64,000 nt of DNA from an uncultured Planctomycetia bacterium (GTDB lineage Bacteria; Planctomycetota; UBA8108; UBA1146). A model generated the notes under the pieces. The model worked only from the letters and a program-made list of their open reading frames with translations, was not told where the DNA came from and made no database searches. Position numbers and translations under genes: made by a program. This document shows, piece by piece, positions 1 to 10,017 of this stretch (positions are counted from its first letter, which is position 1; each line of letters begins with the position of its first letter). The DNA is taken from the NCBI GenBank assembly GCA_964422295.1, contig CAYRAM010000015.1:3272-67271 (forward strand). The letters run 5' to 3'.

Positions 1-733
<733 letters not shown>

Positions 734-826
734 TTAGCCCATGACACACGGATCGGCAACGTGAGCCGCTTCCAAGGAAGCCCATCCTGGTTCAGAATCG
801 GGGCTACACCGCAGAAGGGAGCGCCG

Positions 827-2008
827 ATGGCGACGATTCGCGAAATGGATGTGGAGAAGCTCAAGGACCAGGTCATCGATGAGGTGATCGCTCTGCAGAG
901 GGATATTCACCAGCACCCGGAGATCGGCTTCGACACGGTACGCACCGCGGCCCTGGTGGCGGAACAACTGCGGGCGGCGGGGATCGACACCCGTGAGCAG
1001 ATCGGCAAAACCGGTGTGGTGGGGGATATCGATGTCCCCGGAGCCACCCGGCGCATCGCCTTCCGTGCCGATATGGATGCCCTGCCGATGGATGAAGAGG
1101 CGGATCTTCCCCACAAGAGCAAGATTCCCGGAGCAGCGCATATGTGCGGGCACGATGCCCACACCTCGATGCTGGTCGGCGCAGCGAAAGCACTGGCGAG
1201 TATTCGCGACCATTTGCCTTGTTCGGTGCGCTTTATCTTTCAACCCAATGAAGAGGCATTGCCCGGGGGGGCTCCGGCGATGATCGCCGATGGTTGCCTC
1301 GAAGGGGTTGATCGCATCTTCGGAATGCATGTTTGGCCCTCCTTTGATACCGGCAAGATCGGTGTCGTCGAAGGTCCGACGATGGCACAGCCCGATACCT
1401 TCACCATGGAGATCACCGGTGTCGGTGGACACGCAGCGGCCCCGGATCACTGCAGTGATCCCATCGTTGCCGCCAGCCAAATCATCACCAACGCCCAGCA
1501 GATCGTTTCACGCAACACCGATCCGATGAAATCGTGCGTCGTCAGCTTTACCCAATTTCATGGGGGCAGTGCCGACAATGTGATTCCTGAAAAGGTGGAG
1601 CTCACCGGTACCATTCGCACCTTTGAGAAAGAGGTCGGCGATATGGCTCGCCGGCGTTTGCGAGAGATCGCCGAAGCGGTTGCCAAAGCCCATGACTGCA
1701 ACGCCCAGGTCGAGATCATCGAAGGCTATCCGGTGACCTACAATCATCCGGATGCGTGTCGCGAGGTGGAGAGATCCGTCTCAAAGGAGGTGCCGATGAC
1801 GGCTGAGGGCACTCCTTGCATGGGCGGGGAAGATTTTGCCTATTACGGAGAGAAGATCTCAGCGGCGTTCATGTTTCTGGGGAACCGGGATCAGGACAAG
1901 GGCATCGTCTATTTCTGCCATCATCCGAAATTTCAGGTCGATGATCCGGCGATGGGGATCGGTGTCAGAACCTGGATTGCCCTGGCATTGGGTGCTGATC
2001 AGGCATGA
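827..2008 (+). CDS. M20D family amidohydrolase (hippurate hydrolase/IAA-amino acid hydrolase-like)
   Basis: Motifs RADMDALP, HMCGHD, FQPNEE, GGHAA, GGEDF, HHPKF. Start moved to ATG 827 (GGGAG RBS); the ORF track starts at 728. Confidence 0.92.
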   Translation: MATIREMDVEKLKDQVIDEVIALQRDIHQHPEIGFDTVRTAALVAEQLRAAGIDTREQIGKTGVVGDIDVPGATRRIAFRADMDALPMDEEADLPHKSKIPGAAHMCGHDAHTSMLVGAAKALASIRDHLPCSVRFIFQPNEEALPGGAPAMIADGCLEGVDRIFGMHVWPSFDTGKIGVVEGPTMAQPDTFTMEITGVGGHAAAPDHCSDPIVAASQIITNAQQIVSRNTDPMKSCVVSFTQFHGGSADNVIPEKVELTGTIRTFEKEVGDMARRRLREIAEAVAKAHDCNAQVEIIEGYPVTYNHPDACREVERSVSKEVPMTAEGTPCMGGEDFAYYGEKISAAFMFLGNRDQDKGIVYFCHHPKFQVDDPAMGIGVRTWIALALGADQA

Positions 2009-2118
2009 ATTTCCGGGCCTGATGGGGGATTTTGAAGAAGTCCTCAATCTGAGCCGGGCGGCGACCGATCACTTTTTCATGCCCGCCGATTCCATGGGGG
2101 AATCAAAGGGCCGAAAAG

Positions 2119-2385
2119 GTGCGCCCGTTGTTCTCCGTCGATGAACTGGTCCAAACACTGCGATTGCAGGCGATGATCCGTGGTTACCGCTTTGTCACCC
2201 GAGCCTGGATCACGGTCGGGCGTGATACTGCCTGCCCCGTCGATCAATTACGTCTGGCTCTCGAGGGTCATCTCTCCGGAGAACTCTTCGAGAACTGCCA
2301 GATTTCCATCGAGGAGCGAGACGGGGCAGAGATCAGGGTAGATCGCATGGAAGGCATCCTGGTCCTTCCCAAGTGCTCCAACTGA
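2119..2385 (+). CDS. Small hypothetical protein, possibly HypA-like without the zinc finger
   Basis: 88-aa ORF (GTG start) filling the gap between two co-oriented genes. Pattern VTRAWITVG..CPVDQLRLALE...ENCQISIEE..AEIRVDRME resembles the HypA alpha/beta domain. Confidence 0.45.
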   Translation: MRPLFSVDELVQTLRLQAMIRGYRFVTRAWITVGRDTACPVDQLRLALEGHLSGELFENCQISIEERDGAEIRVDRMEGILVLPKCSN

Positions 2386-2488
2386 ACCCCTTCCACGAAT
2401 GGAGCGCAGCTCTTCCTGAAGGACTGGACACCTTTCCCTTCCCGGGTCAGCATCCTGGAGTCAGGATCGATGGATCCGGGAGTCCAGC

Positions 2489-4291
2489 ATGCACAAAAAC
2501 CTGCGCACTTTTCTTGATGAACTTCGCAAGGCCGGGGAACTGGTCGAAGTGGATGTTCCGGTCGATCCGCGATTGGAAGTGGCGGAGATCCACCGCCGTG
2601 TCATCGCTGCCGGGGGCCCCGCTCTGCTCTTTCGCAATCCCCAAGGGGCACGCTTTCCACTGGTGATGAATCTGTTCGGCAGTTCTCGCCGCGTCGACAT
2701 CGGATTTGGTCGTCACGGCGAGAACTTCCTCAAGAAATTGGTTCACACCGTGGAGACGATCGTGCCTCCAACCTTTCAAAAGGTCTGGCAGTCGCGGGCT
2801 CTGGCGGGGGCACTCTTCAAGGTCGGAATGCGTCGGCGCAGCTATGGCCCGGTGATGGAAGTGCGCAATCGATCGGCGAATCTCGACGATCTTCCCATCA
2901 TCACCAGTTGGCCCGAAGACGGGGGCCCCTTCATCACATTGCCGCTGGTCTACACCCAACACCCGGAGGATGGCCGTCACAATTTGGGGATCTATCGCAT
3001 GCAGGCCCATGACTCTGAGCACCTCGGCTTGCACTTTCAAATCCACAAAGGGAGTGGCTATCACCTGATGGAAGCGGAACGCCTCGATAAACCGTTTCCG
3101 GTGACCTGCTTTCTTGGTGGACCACCGGCGATGATCGCCAGTGCCATCGCGCCACTGCCAGAGAATGTGCCGGAACTGCTGCTCGCCTCCCTGCTGCAAA
3201 ACGCCCCCTTGAAACTGGCACAGGCGGGGGATCTGCAGCATCCCTTCGTCGCCGAGTGTGAGTTTGCCATTCACGGGTACGCCTTGCCGAAGGAAAGGTG
3301 GCCGGAAGGCCCTTTCGGTGATCACTACGGCTACTATTCCCTGAAGCATGACTACCCGGTGATGAAGATTCGCGAGATCGCCCATCGCAGGGACGCCATC
3401 TACCCGGCGACGGTGGTCGGCAAACCGCGGCAGGAGGATTTTTTCCTCGGCGATTTTCTGCAGGAGCTGCTTTCGCCACTGTTCCCGTTGGTGATGCCGA
3501 CGGTCAAGGGTCTTTGGTCCTATGGAGAGACCGGTTACCACTCGCTGGCGGGAGCGGTGGTCAAAGATCGCTATCCCAGGGAAGCGATGGTTTCCGCCTT
3601 CAGAATCCTTGGAGAAGGCCAACTGTCACTGACGAAGTTTTTGTTGATGACGGATGGCGATGTCGATCTGAAAGATTTCACCGGCACCCTCGAACACATA
3701 TTGGCGCGAACAGACTTTGCCACCGACCTGCATGTCATCGGGTGTACCAGCATGGATACCCTCGACTACGCCGGTCCCAAGGTGAATGAAGGATCGAAGG
3801 GATTCCTGATGGGATTGGGGGATCCGATTCGAGATCTCCCCGATCGCTTCAGCGGGGAACTCCCCAGCGGATTTGAAAATGCCCGTGTCTTCTGTCGTGG
3901 TTGCCTGGTCGTCGATGGACCTGCCTATGAAAAGGAACCCGGTGCCGCCCGACGATTGGTGGAGGCGAGTGCACTCGATGAGTGGCCACTCGTGGTTTTC
4001 GTCGACGATGCGAAGACTGCTACCGCAACGGAAGCCCGGTTCCTTTGGTCCACCTTTACCCGCTTTGAGCCGGCGGCGGATATCCACGCCCGCTCCGGGG
4101 AGATCCGCCGCAATCACATCGCCTACGGTGGACCGGTGGCCATCGACTCGCGGATGAAGCCAGGATACCCGGATGAACTCTTCTGTGACGAGGAGACTGC
4201 CGCAACCGTCGATCAGCGTTGGAAGGAGTACTTCCCCGCTGGCGGAGTCGAGATGGGCGACAGTGCTGCCGGTCATCTCGACGATGGATGA
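2489..4291 (+). CDS. ubiD: UbiD family prFMN-dependent decarboxylase (long form, menaquinone-biosynthesis-type)
   Basis: Motifs LEVAEIHRRV, WPEDGGPFITLPLVYT, NLGIYRMQ, EGPFGDHYGYYS, TVVGKPRQED; extended C-terminal region. Confidence 0.92.
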   Translation: MHKNLRTFLDELRKAGELVEVDVPVDPRLEVAEIHRRVIAAGGPALLFRNPQGARFPLVMNLFGSSRRVDIGFGRHGENFLKKLVHTVETIVPPTFQKVWQSRALAGALFKVGMRRRSYGPVMEVRNRSANLDDLPIITSWPEDGGPFITLPLVYTQHPEDGRHNLGIYRMQAHDSEHLGLHFQIHKGSGYHLMEAERLDKPFPVTCFLGGPPAMIASAIAPLPENVPELLLASLLQNAPLKLAQAGDLQHPFVAECEFAIHGYALPKERWPEGPFGDHYGYYSLKHDYPVMKIREIAHRRDAIYPATVVGKPRQEDFFLGDFLQELLSPLFPLVMPTVKGLWSYGETGYHSLAGAVVKDRYPREAMVSAFRILGEGQLSLTKFLLMTDGDVDLKDFTGTLEHILARTDFATDLHVIGCTSMDTLDYAGPKVNEGSKGFLMGLGDPIRDLPDRFSGELPSGFENARVFCRGCLVVDGPAYEKEPGAARRLVEASALDEWPLVVFVDDAKTATATEARFLWSTFTRFEPAADIHARSGEIRRNHIAYGGPVAIDSRMKPGYPDELFCDEETAATVDQRWKEYFPAGGVEMGDSAAGHLDDG

Positions 4292-5351
4292 TCGAGTAAC
4301 CCAGGTCGAGGGTTTCACCAGGTTCGGGGTAGGGTATCCTTCCGGCGTGATTAATTTTTGCCATCCCTTCCAGCCTCCATGGTGTCCAGAGTCGCGGATT
4401 TCGCTGCTGCTCTTGCTAATGCTGTCGATTCCTTCCGTGAAGGTGTTGGCCCAGGATCCGCAAGAAGCGGACCCTCCTCCTCCGAGCAATTTGGAAGTGG
4501 TCAACGACTTTCATAGCCGTGTCGGCGATCGGATTTTTCAAATTAGTGAACGGGTCGATGACTTTTTCGGAGACCGGCGCATGGAAGATGAGCCGGTGGA
4601 AACCCGATTGCGGGTTCGATCTCAATTTCGCCTCTACGAGGGGGGAAGATCGGAGGTCAAATTCAAGATCAGGGCCAATGCGGTACTTCCACGCACGCAG
4701 CAACGTCTCGGATTTTTCGTCGAATCCTTGCGCGAAGATTTTCTCACCGACTTCAGCCAGGTGTTGGGAGATGAGTCATCGGAACAGAGCTCCGACAATC
4801 CCCTGGCCGATGACAACGTTTCCGGTCTGCGGCTCTCCCTCTTCAAAGATGCTCCCGGGAAGTGGACTCTGGACGGAGGAGTCAAAATCTCATCCGATCC
4901 TAAAACCCGTGTACGCTTGCGTTGGCAATATGACTGGCAGGCCTTTGAAAAGTGGAACATGAGGGTTGTCCAGGGATTTGAGTATCGGGAAGAGTTGGGC
5001 CCTGGATTGAGAACTCAATTGCGCTGGGAAAGATTGATCTCGGATCGTCTGCTGAGGATCTCTCTCGAAGGGGTTCGCTTCGATGAGGACCCTGCCGAAT
5101 CTCTCTTTTCCATCGATCATTATCTACCCTTGAGTGAGGATTCGACGGTGAGAATCACCGCTTCGGAGTTGGGATTCCTCGGATCGGGAGCAGAACTGGA
5201 TGGATCATCCCTAGAGGTGGCTTGGCGCAAGAAGGTGCTCTTTGACTGGCTCTTCGCCGAAGTGGCACCGAAAATGTTCTGGTCTGATGATCCTGAAGAG
5301 GGGCGCGAGTATTCGACCTTCTTGGCTCTCGAAGTCGTCTTTGTCAATTGA
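4284..5351 (+). CDS. Putative exported outer-membrane beta-barrel protein (hypothetical)
   Basis: Signal-like hydrophobic stretch (ISLLLLLMLSIPSVKVLA), then VDDFFGD and alternating-pattern strands (RVRLRWQYDWQ, WLFAEVAPKMFW), ending LEVVFVN. Overlaps the ubiD stop; exact start uncertain. Confidence 0.55.
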   Translation: MDDRVTQVEGFTRFGVGYPSGVINFCHPFQPPWCPESRISLLLLLMLSIPSVKVLAQDPQEADPPPPSNLEVVNDFHSRVGDRIFQISERVDDFFGDRRMEDEPVETRLRVRSQFRLYEGGRSEVKFKIRANAVLPRTQQRLGFFVESLREDFLTDFSQVLGDESSEQSSDNPLADDNVSGLRLSLFKDAPGKWTLDGGVKISSDPKTRVRLRWQYDWQAFEKWNMRVVQGFEYREELGPGLRTQLRWERLISDRLLRISLEGVRFDEDPAESLFSIDHYLPLSEDSTVRITASELGFLGSGAELDGSSLEVAWRKKVLFDWLFAEVAPKMFWSDDPEEGREYSTFLALEVVFVN

Positions 5352-5385
5352 ATGATGGCCCATACGGGGCAGATGGGGATTAGCG

Positions 5386-6459
5386 ATGCTTAGAGGAGAG
5401 TATGACCGCACGCGTTTTATCCGTGGGGTGATGGCGATGCTCCTGGTCGGAGCCTGTTGTGGAATATTGGTCGCCAGTGGCAATCCCGGGAACATGGGCA
5501 TCTGTGGGGCATGCTTTCTTCGCGATAGTAGTGGCGCACTGAATCTTTTTAGTGAGCCGGAGTCCCTGAAATATCTGCGACCGGAAATCATCGGTGTCGT
5601 CTTTGGAGCGATGGCTTGGATGATGGGGCGCGGTAAATGGCAAGCGCGTTCCGGTTCCCATGCATCGACTCGCTTCTTCTTTGGAGTGTGGATGGGGATC
5701 TCCAGTCTGGTTTTTCTCGGCTGTCCCTTTCGCATGATCCAACGTATCGCCGGCGGAGATCTCTCCGCATGGGCCGCTGTGCCCGGCTTCGTGATCGGTG
5801 TCGGTTTTGGTTTGTGGCTGGAGAAGCGCGGGTACAACGTCGGCAAGACAGAGGTGGCACCGGCTCCGGTGGGATTGTTGGGGCCTTTACTTCTGTTGGG
5901 TGCGGGCATCTTGTGGGCGCAGGGACTGCTGTCGGGGCCCGGCTTGGGTGAAGAAGGTGCGCCGGCCCACGCAGATTGGAAACTCTCCCTGGGGCTCGCA
6001 CTGGCAGGGGGCGCGCTGCTATCAGCGACCCGATTCTGTGCCGTGACTGCGGCTCGTCAGGTGTTCCAAAAGGATCGGCGCATGTTGTGGGCAACCCTCG
6101 CCATGATGGTCGGCTACGCCGCCGTCGTCTTCTCCACCGGCAATGGCAGCATCTCTTTTGAGGGGCAGCCGGCAGCCCACGGAGAAATCCTCTGGTCCGC
6201 CCTCGCCCTGGCGCTGGTCGGACTGTGTGGTTGCCTGGCGGGGGGCTGCCCCGTGAGGCAACTGGTGATGACCGGTGAAGGCAACGGTGACGCAGCGATG
6301 GCGGTGATGGGCATCCTTCTCGGAGGTGCTCTCAGTCATGGGCTGGGTTTGGCATCGAGTGGAGAGGGGACCACTGCCGCCGGCCAGATCGCCATCATCT
6401 TGGGATTGGTCGTGGCTGCCGCCTATGGTTACTGGCGATCATCAGGATCATCGGAATAA
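5386..6459 (+). CDS. yedE: YedE family putative selenium transporter (YeeE/YedE, seleno-YedE type)
   Basis: Signature GNPGNMGICGACFLRD, plus FLGCPFRMIQRIAGGD, RFCAV and LAGGCPVRQLVMTGEGN; multiple TM helices. Confidence 0.88.
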   Translation: MLRGEYDRTRFIRGVMAMLLVGACCGILVASGNPGNMGICGACFLRDSSGALNLFSEPESLKYLRPEIIGVVFGAMAWMMGRGKWQARSGSHASTRFFFGVWMGISSLVFLGCPFRMIQRIAGGDLSAWAAVPGFVIGVGFGLWLEKRGYNVGKTEVAPAPVGLLGPLLLLGAGILWAQGLLSGPGLGEEGAPAHADWKLSLGLALAGGALLSATRFCAVTAARQVFQKDRRMLWATLAMMVGYAAVVFSTGNGSISFEGQPAAHGEILWSALALALVGLCGCLAGGCPVRQLVMTGEGNGDAAMAVMGILLGGALSHGLGLASSGEGTTAAGQIAIILGLVVAAAYGYWRSSGSSE

Positions 6460-6483
6460 TTGAGCGTGAAAGGGTGCAGGACG

Positions 6484-7614
6484 ATGTTTCACAGTGCAAT
6501 CCTGGCGATATGGTTCATTGCAATGCCCCTGGGTGCAGTCGCAGATCTGCCAAAAGGGTATCAGATCCCGGTAGTCGACCTGGCTGCTGAGCCGGGAGTG
6601 ATCACCGTCGATCGTGAAGCGGGCAAATATCTGGGTCATCCGACAGCGGTGCTGTTGGAGGATGACCAGACAATTCTCTGCGTTTATCCAAAGGGACACG
6701 GTGGTGGCGCCGTCGTCTACCGCAAGAGTCAAGACGGCGGCAAGACGTGGAGTGATCGACTGCCCACTCCGGAGAATTGGAAAACCTCCAGGGAAGTTCC
6801 GACGATCCATCGAATGATCGATCGAGATGGCAAGAAAAGATTGATCATGTGGTCCGGACTTCATCCGGCACGGTTGGCGGTCAGTGAAGATGACGGTGAC
6901 AACTGGTCTCCCCTCAAGCCGGTCGGAGATTGGGGAGGCATCGTTGTGATGGGGTCGGTTACTGAGCTGGCGGATGGAAGCCATGCCGCTTGGTTTCATG
7001 ATGACGGCCGATTTTTGATGAAGGAGCGGGGGCCTGCCCGCTTCGATGTCTTCCAAACTCATTCCAGCGATGGCGGATTGACCTGGTCAAACCCGGTGGC
7101 GATCGCCCACCTGCCAGATGTCCATCTCTGCGAGCCCGGGTTTGTGCGATCTCCCGATGGAAAGACCATCGCCCTGCTGCTAAGGGAGAACAGTCGCCGA
7201 AAAAACTCCTACGTGATCTTCAGCGAAAATGAAGGCAAGACCTGGTCAAAGCCGCGACAACTCCCTGCGGCTCTGACCGGAGACCGACACACTGCGATTC
7301 ATACCGGCGATGGGCGTCTCTTCATCTCCTTCCGGGATACGACCCTGGAAAGTGCAACGAAAGGGGACTGGGTCGCCTGGGTGGGAACGTGGGAAGACAT
7401 CATCGAAGGCCGTGAGGGACAATATCGGGTTCGCATCATGGACAACCATGTACGTGGCGATTGCGCCTATCCAGCGGTGCTGCAACAAGAGGATGGCACC
7501 ATCGTCACCATCACCTATGGCCATTGGACACCGGGGGAATCGCCGTGGATCGCTTGCAAGAGATTGACGATGAAGGATCTCGACCAGCGATTTCGCAAGT
7601 TGATCGGCGAGTGA
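6484..7614 (+). CDS. Secreted sialidase-family (BNR/Asp-box) beta-propeller glycoside hydrolase
   Basis: Signal peptide; Asp boxes SQDGGKTW, SEDDGDNW, SSDGGLTW, SENEGKTW; CEPGFVR and CAYP motifs. ATG 6484 preferred over TTG 6460. Confidence 0.85.
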   Translation: MFHSAILAIWFIAMPLGAVADLPKGYQIPVVDLAAEPGVITVDREAGKYLGHPTAVLLEDDQTILCVYPKGHGGGAVVYRKSQDGGKTWSDRLPTPENWKTSREVPTIHRMIDRDGKKRLIMWSGLHPARLAVSEDDGDNWSPLKPVGDWGGIVVMGSVTELADGSHAAWFHDDGRFLMKERGPARFDVFQTHSSDGGLTWSNPVAIAHLPDVHLCEPGFVRSPDGKTIALLLRENSRRKNSYVIFSENEGKTWSKPRQLPAALTGDRHTAIHTGDGRLFISFRDTTLESATKGDWVAWVGTWEDIIEGREGQYRVRIMDNHVRGDCAYPAVLQQEDGTIVTITYGHWTPGESPWIACKRLTMKDLDQRFRKLIGE

Positions 7615-7632
7615 TCAAGGATTGCTCGGTGT

Positions 7633-8310
7633 TCAGGAAGCTTGCTGAATACGTTCTTTGAGATCGATGCCCAGGTCGATGAACCTTTTCAAATCTTCGT
7701 GGGAGTACCAAGCCTTACCCGACTGAAAATAGATCAGAATGTTTTCCCTGAAGTACCAATATACCCAAGGGTTCGCCTCAAGATATTCAAGCGTGCGCAC
7801 ATTCAGTACCGCTTCGATCCCTTCGATGTCTTCTCCTATGACGGTGTACTTACTTTCGAAACCTGGGTGGCTGTGAAACCGAGGCACATTTGCCCCAAAG
7901 AAGCGGCCGATGCTGTGATACATGTTTCGTTTTTTGATCGTCATATCAGGGACTGGTTTTTCAAAGGGAATGATACAAACCGAATGACGCATGGCGATAA
8001 CTGCTTGCCCGGTGTAGAGCATCGTTTCCAGGAGCAGGATGTACACACTGCTTCCCCGGTAGTCTCCCGTACCCAAGGCGAGTTTCTTGTGGGATTGCAT
8101 CTGCTGAACTGAGAGTGCGGCGTCGAGCCATTTATAGGATTCGGGATCAATTTCGGTGTGATGCTCGAGGCCGAGTTGCTCCAGCCCCTCCGACAAGTCT
8201 GCGGATTGTTTCTTCTCCTGCTTGCGAAGTTTTCTCACGACAAAAACAATTGCGGTGATAGAGGTTCCTCCAACGAAGAGGATCAGTGCCAGAGTTTCCA
8301 GGTCACTAAT
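7633..8310 (-). CDS. Hypothetical membrane-anchored protein
   Basis: ORF track gives 7633..8238 (GTG). The frame stays open 24 codons further to ATT 8310, adding a TM-like segment (LALILFVGGTSITAIVFVV) followed by RKLRK. Body contains FHSHPGFESKYTVIGED. Confidence 0.6.
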   Translation of the reverse strand: MSDLETLALILFVGGTSITAIVFVVRKLRKQEKKQSADLSEGLEQLGLEHHTEIDPESYKWLDAALSVQQMQSHKKLALGTGDYRGSSVYILLLETMLYTGQAVIAMRHSVCIIPFEKPVPDMTIKKRNMYHSIGRFFGANVPRFHSHPGFESKYTVIGEDIEGIEAVLNVRTLEYLEANPWVYWYFRENILIYFQSGKAWYSHEDLKRFIDLGIDLKERIQQAS

Positions 8311-8319
8311 GGATCAGCC

Positions 8320-8910
8320 TCACTTCCTGCACTGATAGGCGAAGGCTGGTGGCAGGTTTCTCCATACGGTGCGGGTCTTGCTGATCTTTGAAAAGTGGTT
8401 TTCCAGTTCTTTGCGGAATGCGCGGGCTTTGGGAAGCAGGTGGATTCCGCCGTAGGCAAAGGTCACGAAGTACCCCCTGGGTGAGAGTCTTTCAGAGACT
8501 TGGCTGAGGACCTTTTCCTGCAGTGGCCCGGGGAATGCAGCCCAGGGCAAACCTGAAATCACCACGTCCACTTCTTCCAAATTTCGATCCTTGAGCAAAG
8601 CACTGAGGTCACCGGCATCCCCCTCGACGATTTCTGTCAGCGGGGTGAGGTCATCCCTCTTTTGCAATTCCTTGGCAAAGATGGGGTTTTTCTCGATGGC
8701 GAGGAAGTGGCAAGGATCGGGGATTCTTTTGGCGATCTCCTTGGTGAAGACTCCGGTTCCGGGACCGAGCTCGATGACGGTTTTCGCCTGGGTCAGGGAG
8801 ATTCCATCGAGCATGCGGGCAGCGAGAGCAGAACCACTCGGTGCAACCGCACCGATCAGCGCAGGATTGGCGAGATATTCGCCCAGAAATTTGACCTTTG
8901 CTGCCAGCAT
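8320..8910 (-). CDS. Class I SAM-dependent methyltransferase, phospholipid N-methyltransferase (PmtA)-like
   Basis: GAVAPSGSALA, VIELGPGTGVFT, ISGLP, FVTFAY, VWRNLPPA. Start moved to ATG 8910. Confidence 0.85.
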   Translation of the reverse strand: MLAAKVKFLGEYLANPALIGAVAPSGSALAARMLDGISLTQAKTVIELGPGTGVFTKEIAKRIPDPCHFLAIEKNPIFAKELQKRDDLTPLTEIVEGDAGDLSALLKDRNLEEVDVVISGLPWAAFPGPLQEKVLSQVSERLSPRGYFVTFAYGGIHLLPKARAFRKELENHFSKISKTRTVWRNLPPAFAYQCRK

Positions 8911-9102
8911 GGAGGACCTTCCGAGATTCTCTGCAAGAGGATATTGATGAGTCGAATTCCCCGAACGCAAATTTCGATCATGCCACAGACCATCAAAAAT
9001 GTCGAGTCTGGGTCAGGCCCTGTGCACCCTTGATTCCGCGTGTAGACTCCATTCAAGTAAAATTTGCGGGGAATTGCAGGGATGAGGGAGATGGGGAAAG
9101 GG

Positions 9103-10017
9103 ATGAAACCTTCGGTGGGTTGGATCGGTACCGGCGTCATGGGTACCTCGATGGCGGGACATTTGCTCACAGCGGGATACCCGCTGGGGGTCCACACGAG
9201 AAGTGTCGGCAAGGCAGCGCCTCTGTTATCCGCTGGGGCGATCTGGTTTGACAATCCATCGGATCTGGCAGCAAACCACGACATCGTCATTTCCATCGTC
9301 GGCTATCCGAGGGATGTGGAAGAGATTTATGGGGGAGAATCGGGAGTTCTCAGTGATAGCGGTTCCGATAGAAAGTGTCGGATCGCCATCGATATGACCA
9401 CGAGCCAGCCAGCGTTGGCGAGATCCCTCTTTGAAAAGGGTGCAGAGGTAGGAATTTCTTTTCTGGATGCACCGGTTTCCGGAGGAGATGTTGGTGCTCG
9501 CAACGGCACACTGAGCATCATGGTTGGCGGAGACGAGGCGAGTTATCGTGAAGTGTTGCCGATCTTTGAGGTGTTGGGTGATGAGATTCGTCTCCAAGGG
9601 GGCCCCGGATCAGGGCAGCACACCAAAATGGTCAACCAAACCATCATTGCCAGCACCATGATCGGAATGTGTGAGGGACTGGTCTACGCTCGCAAGGCAG
9701 GACTGGATCCTGCTTCCGTTCTGCACAGTGTCTCTGGGGGAGCGGCAGGTTCTTGGTCGCTGTCAAATCTGGCCCCGAGGATTCTCGACGACGACTATGC
9801 CCCAGGATTTTTTGTTGAGCACTTCGTCAAGGATATGGAGATCGCTTTGGATGAGTGTGGGCGGATGGGCATCGATCTTCCCGGTTTGGCTCTGGCGCGG
9901 AAATTGTACGAAGAAGTCGTCACTTCCGGGGGGGAGAAGTTGGGAACTCAAGCACTTTATTCCGCAGTCGACCGTCTCAGTCAGGTCCCCGCCAGGGGAG
10001 ATGAAAATCGTGGCTGA
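9103..10017 (+). CDS. NAD(P)-dependent oxidoreductase, 3-hydroxyisobutyrate dehydrogenase/tartronate semialdehyde reductase family
   Basis: GWIGTGVMG, IDMTTS, FLDAPVSGGDVGA, GSGQHTKMVNQ, FVKDMEIA. Start ATG 9103. Confidence 0.92.
   Translation: MKPSVGWIGTGVMGTSMAGHLLTAGYPLGVHTRSVGKAAPLLSAGAIWFDNPSDLAANHDIVISIVGYPRDVEEIYGGESGVLSDSGSDRKCRIAIDMTTSQPALARSLFEKGAEVGISFLDAPVSGGDVGARNGTLSIMVGGDEASYREVLPIFEVLGDEIRLQGGPGSGQHTKMVNQTIIASTMIGMCEGLVYARKAGLDPASVLHSVSGGAAGSWSLSNLAPRILDDDYAPGFFVEHFVKDMEIALDECGRMGIDLPGLALARKLYEEVVTSGGEKLGTQALYSAVDRLSQVPARGDENRG

Noticed and set aside
2447-3622. Long minus-strand ORF (391 aa); similar cases at 44107..45294, 49969..50706, 59899..60723 and 61608..62513
   Set aside because: Each lies antisense to a well-supported gene and has no recognisable motifs; expected in GC-rich coding DNA.
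8311-8322. Selenocysteine read-through joining the methyltransferase to the downstream ORF
   Set aside because: Two consecutive TGA codons, no redox-motif context or SECIS-like hairpin, and the methyltransferase is already complete.
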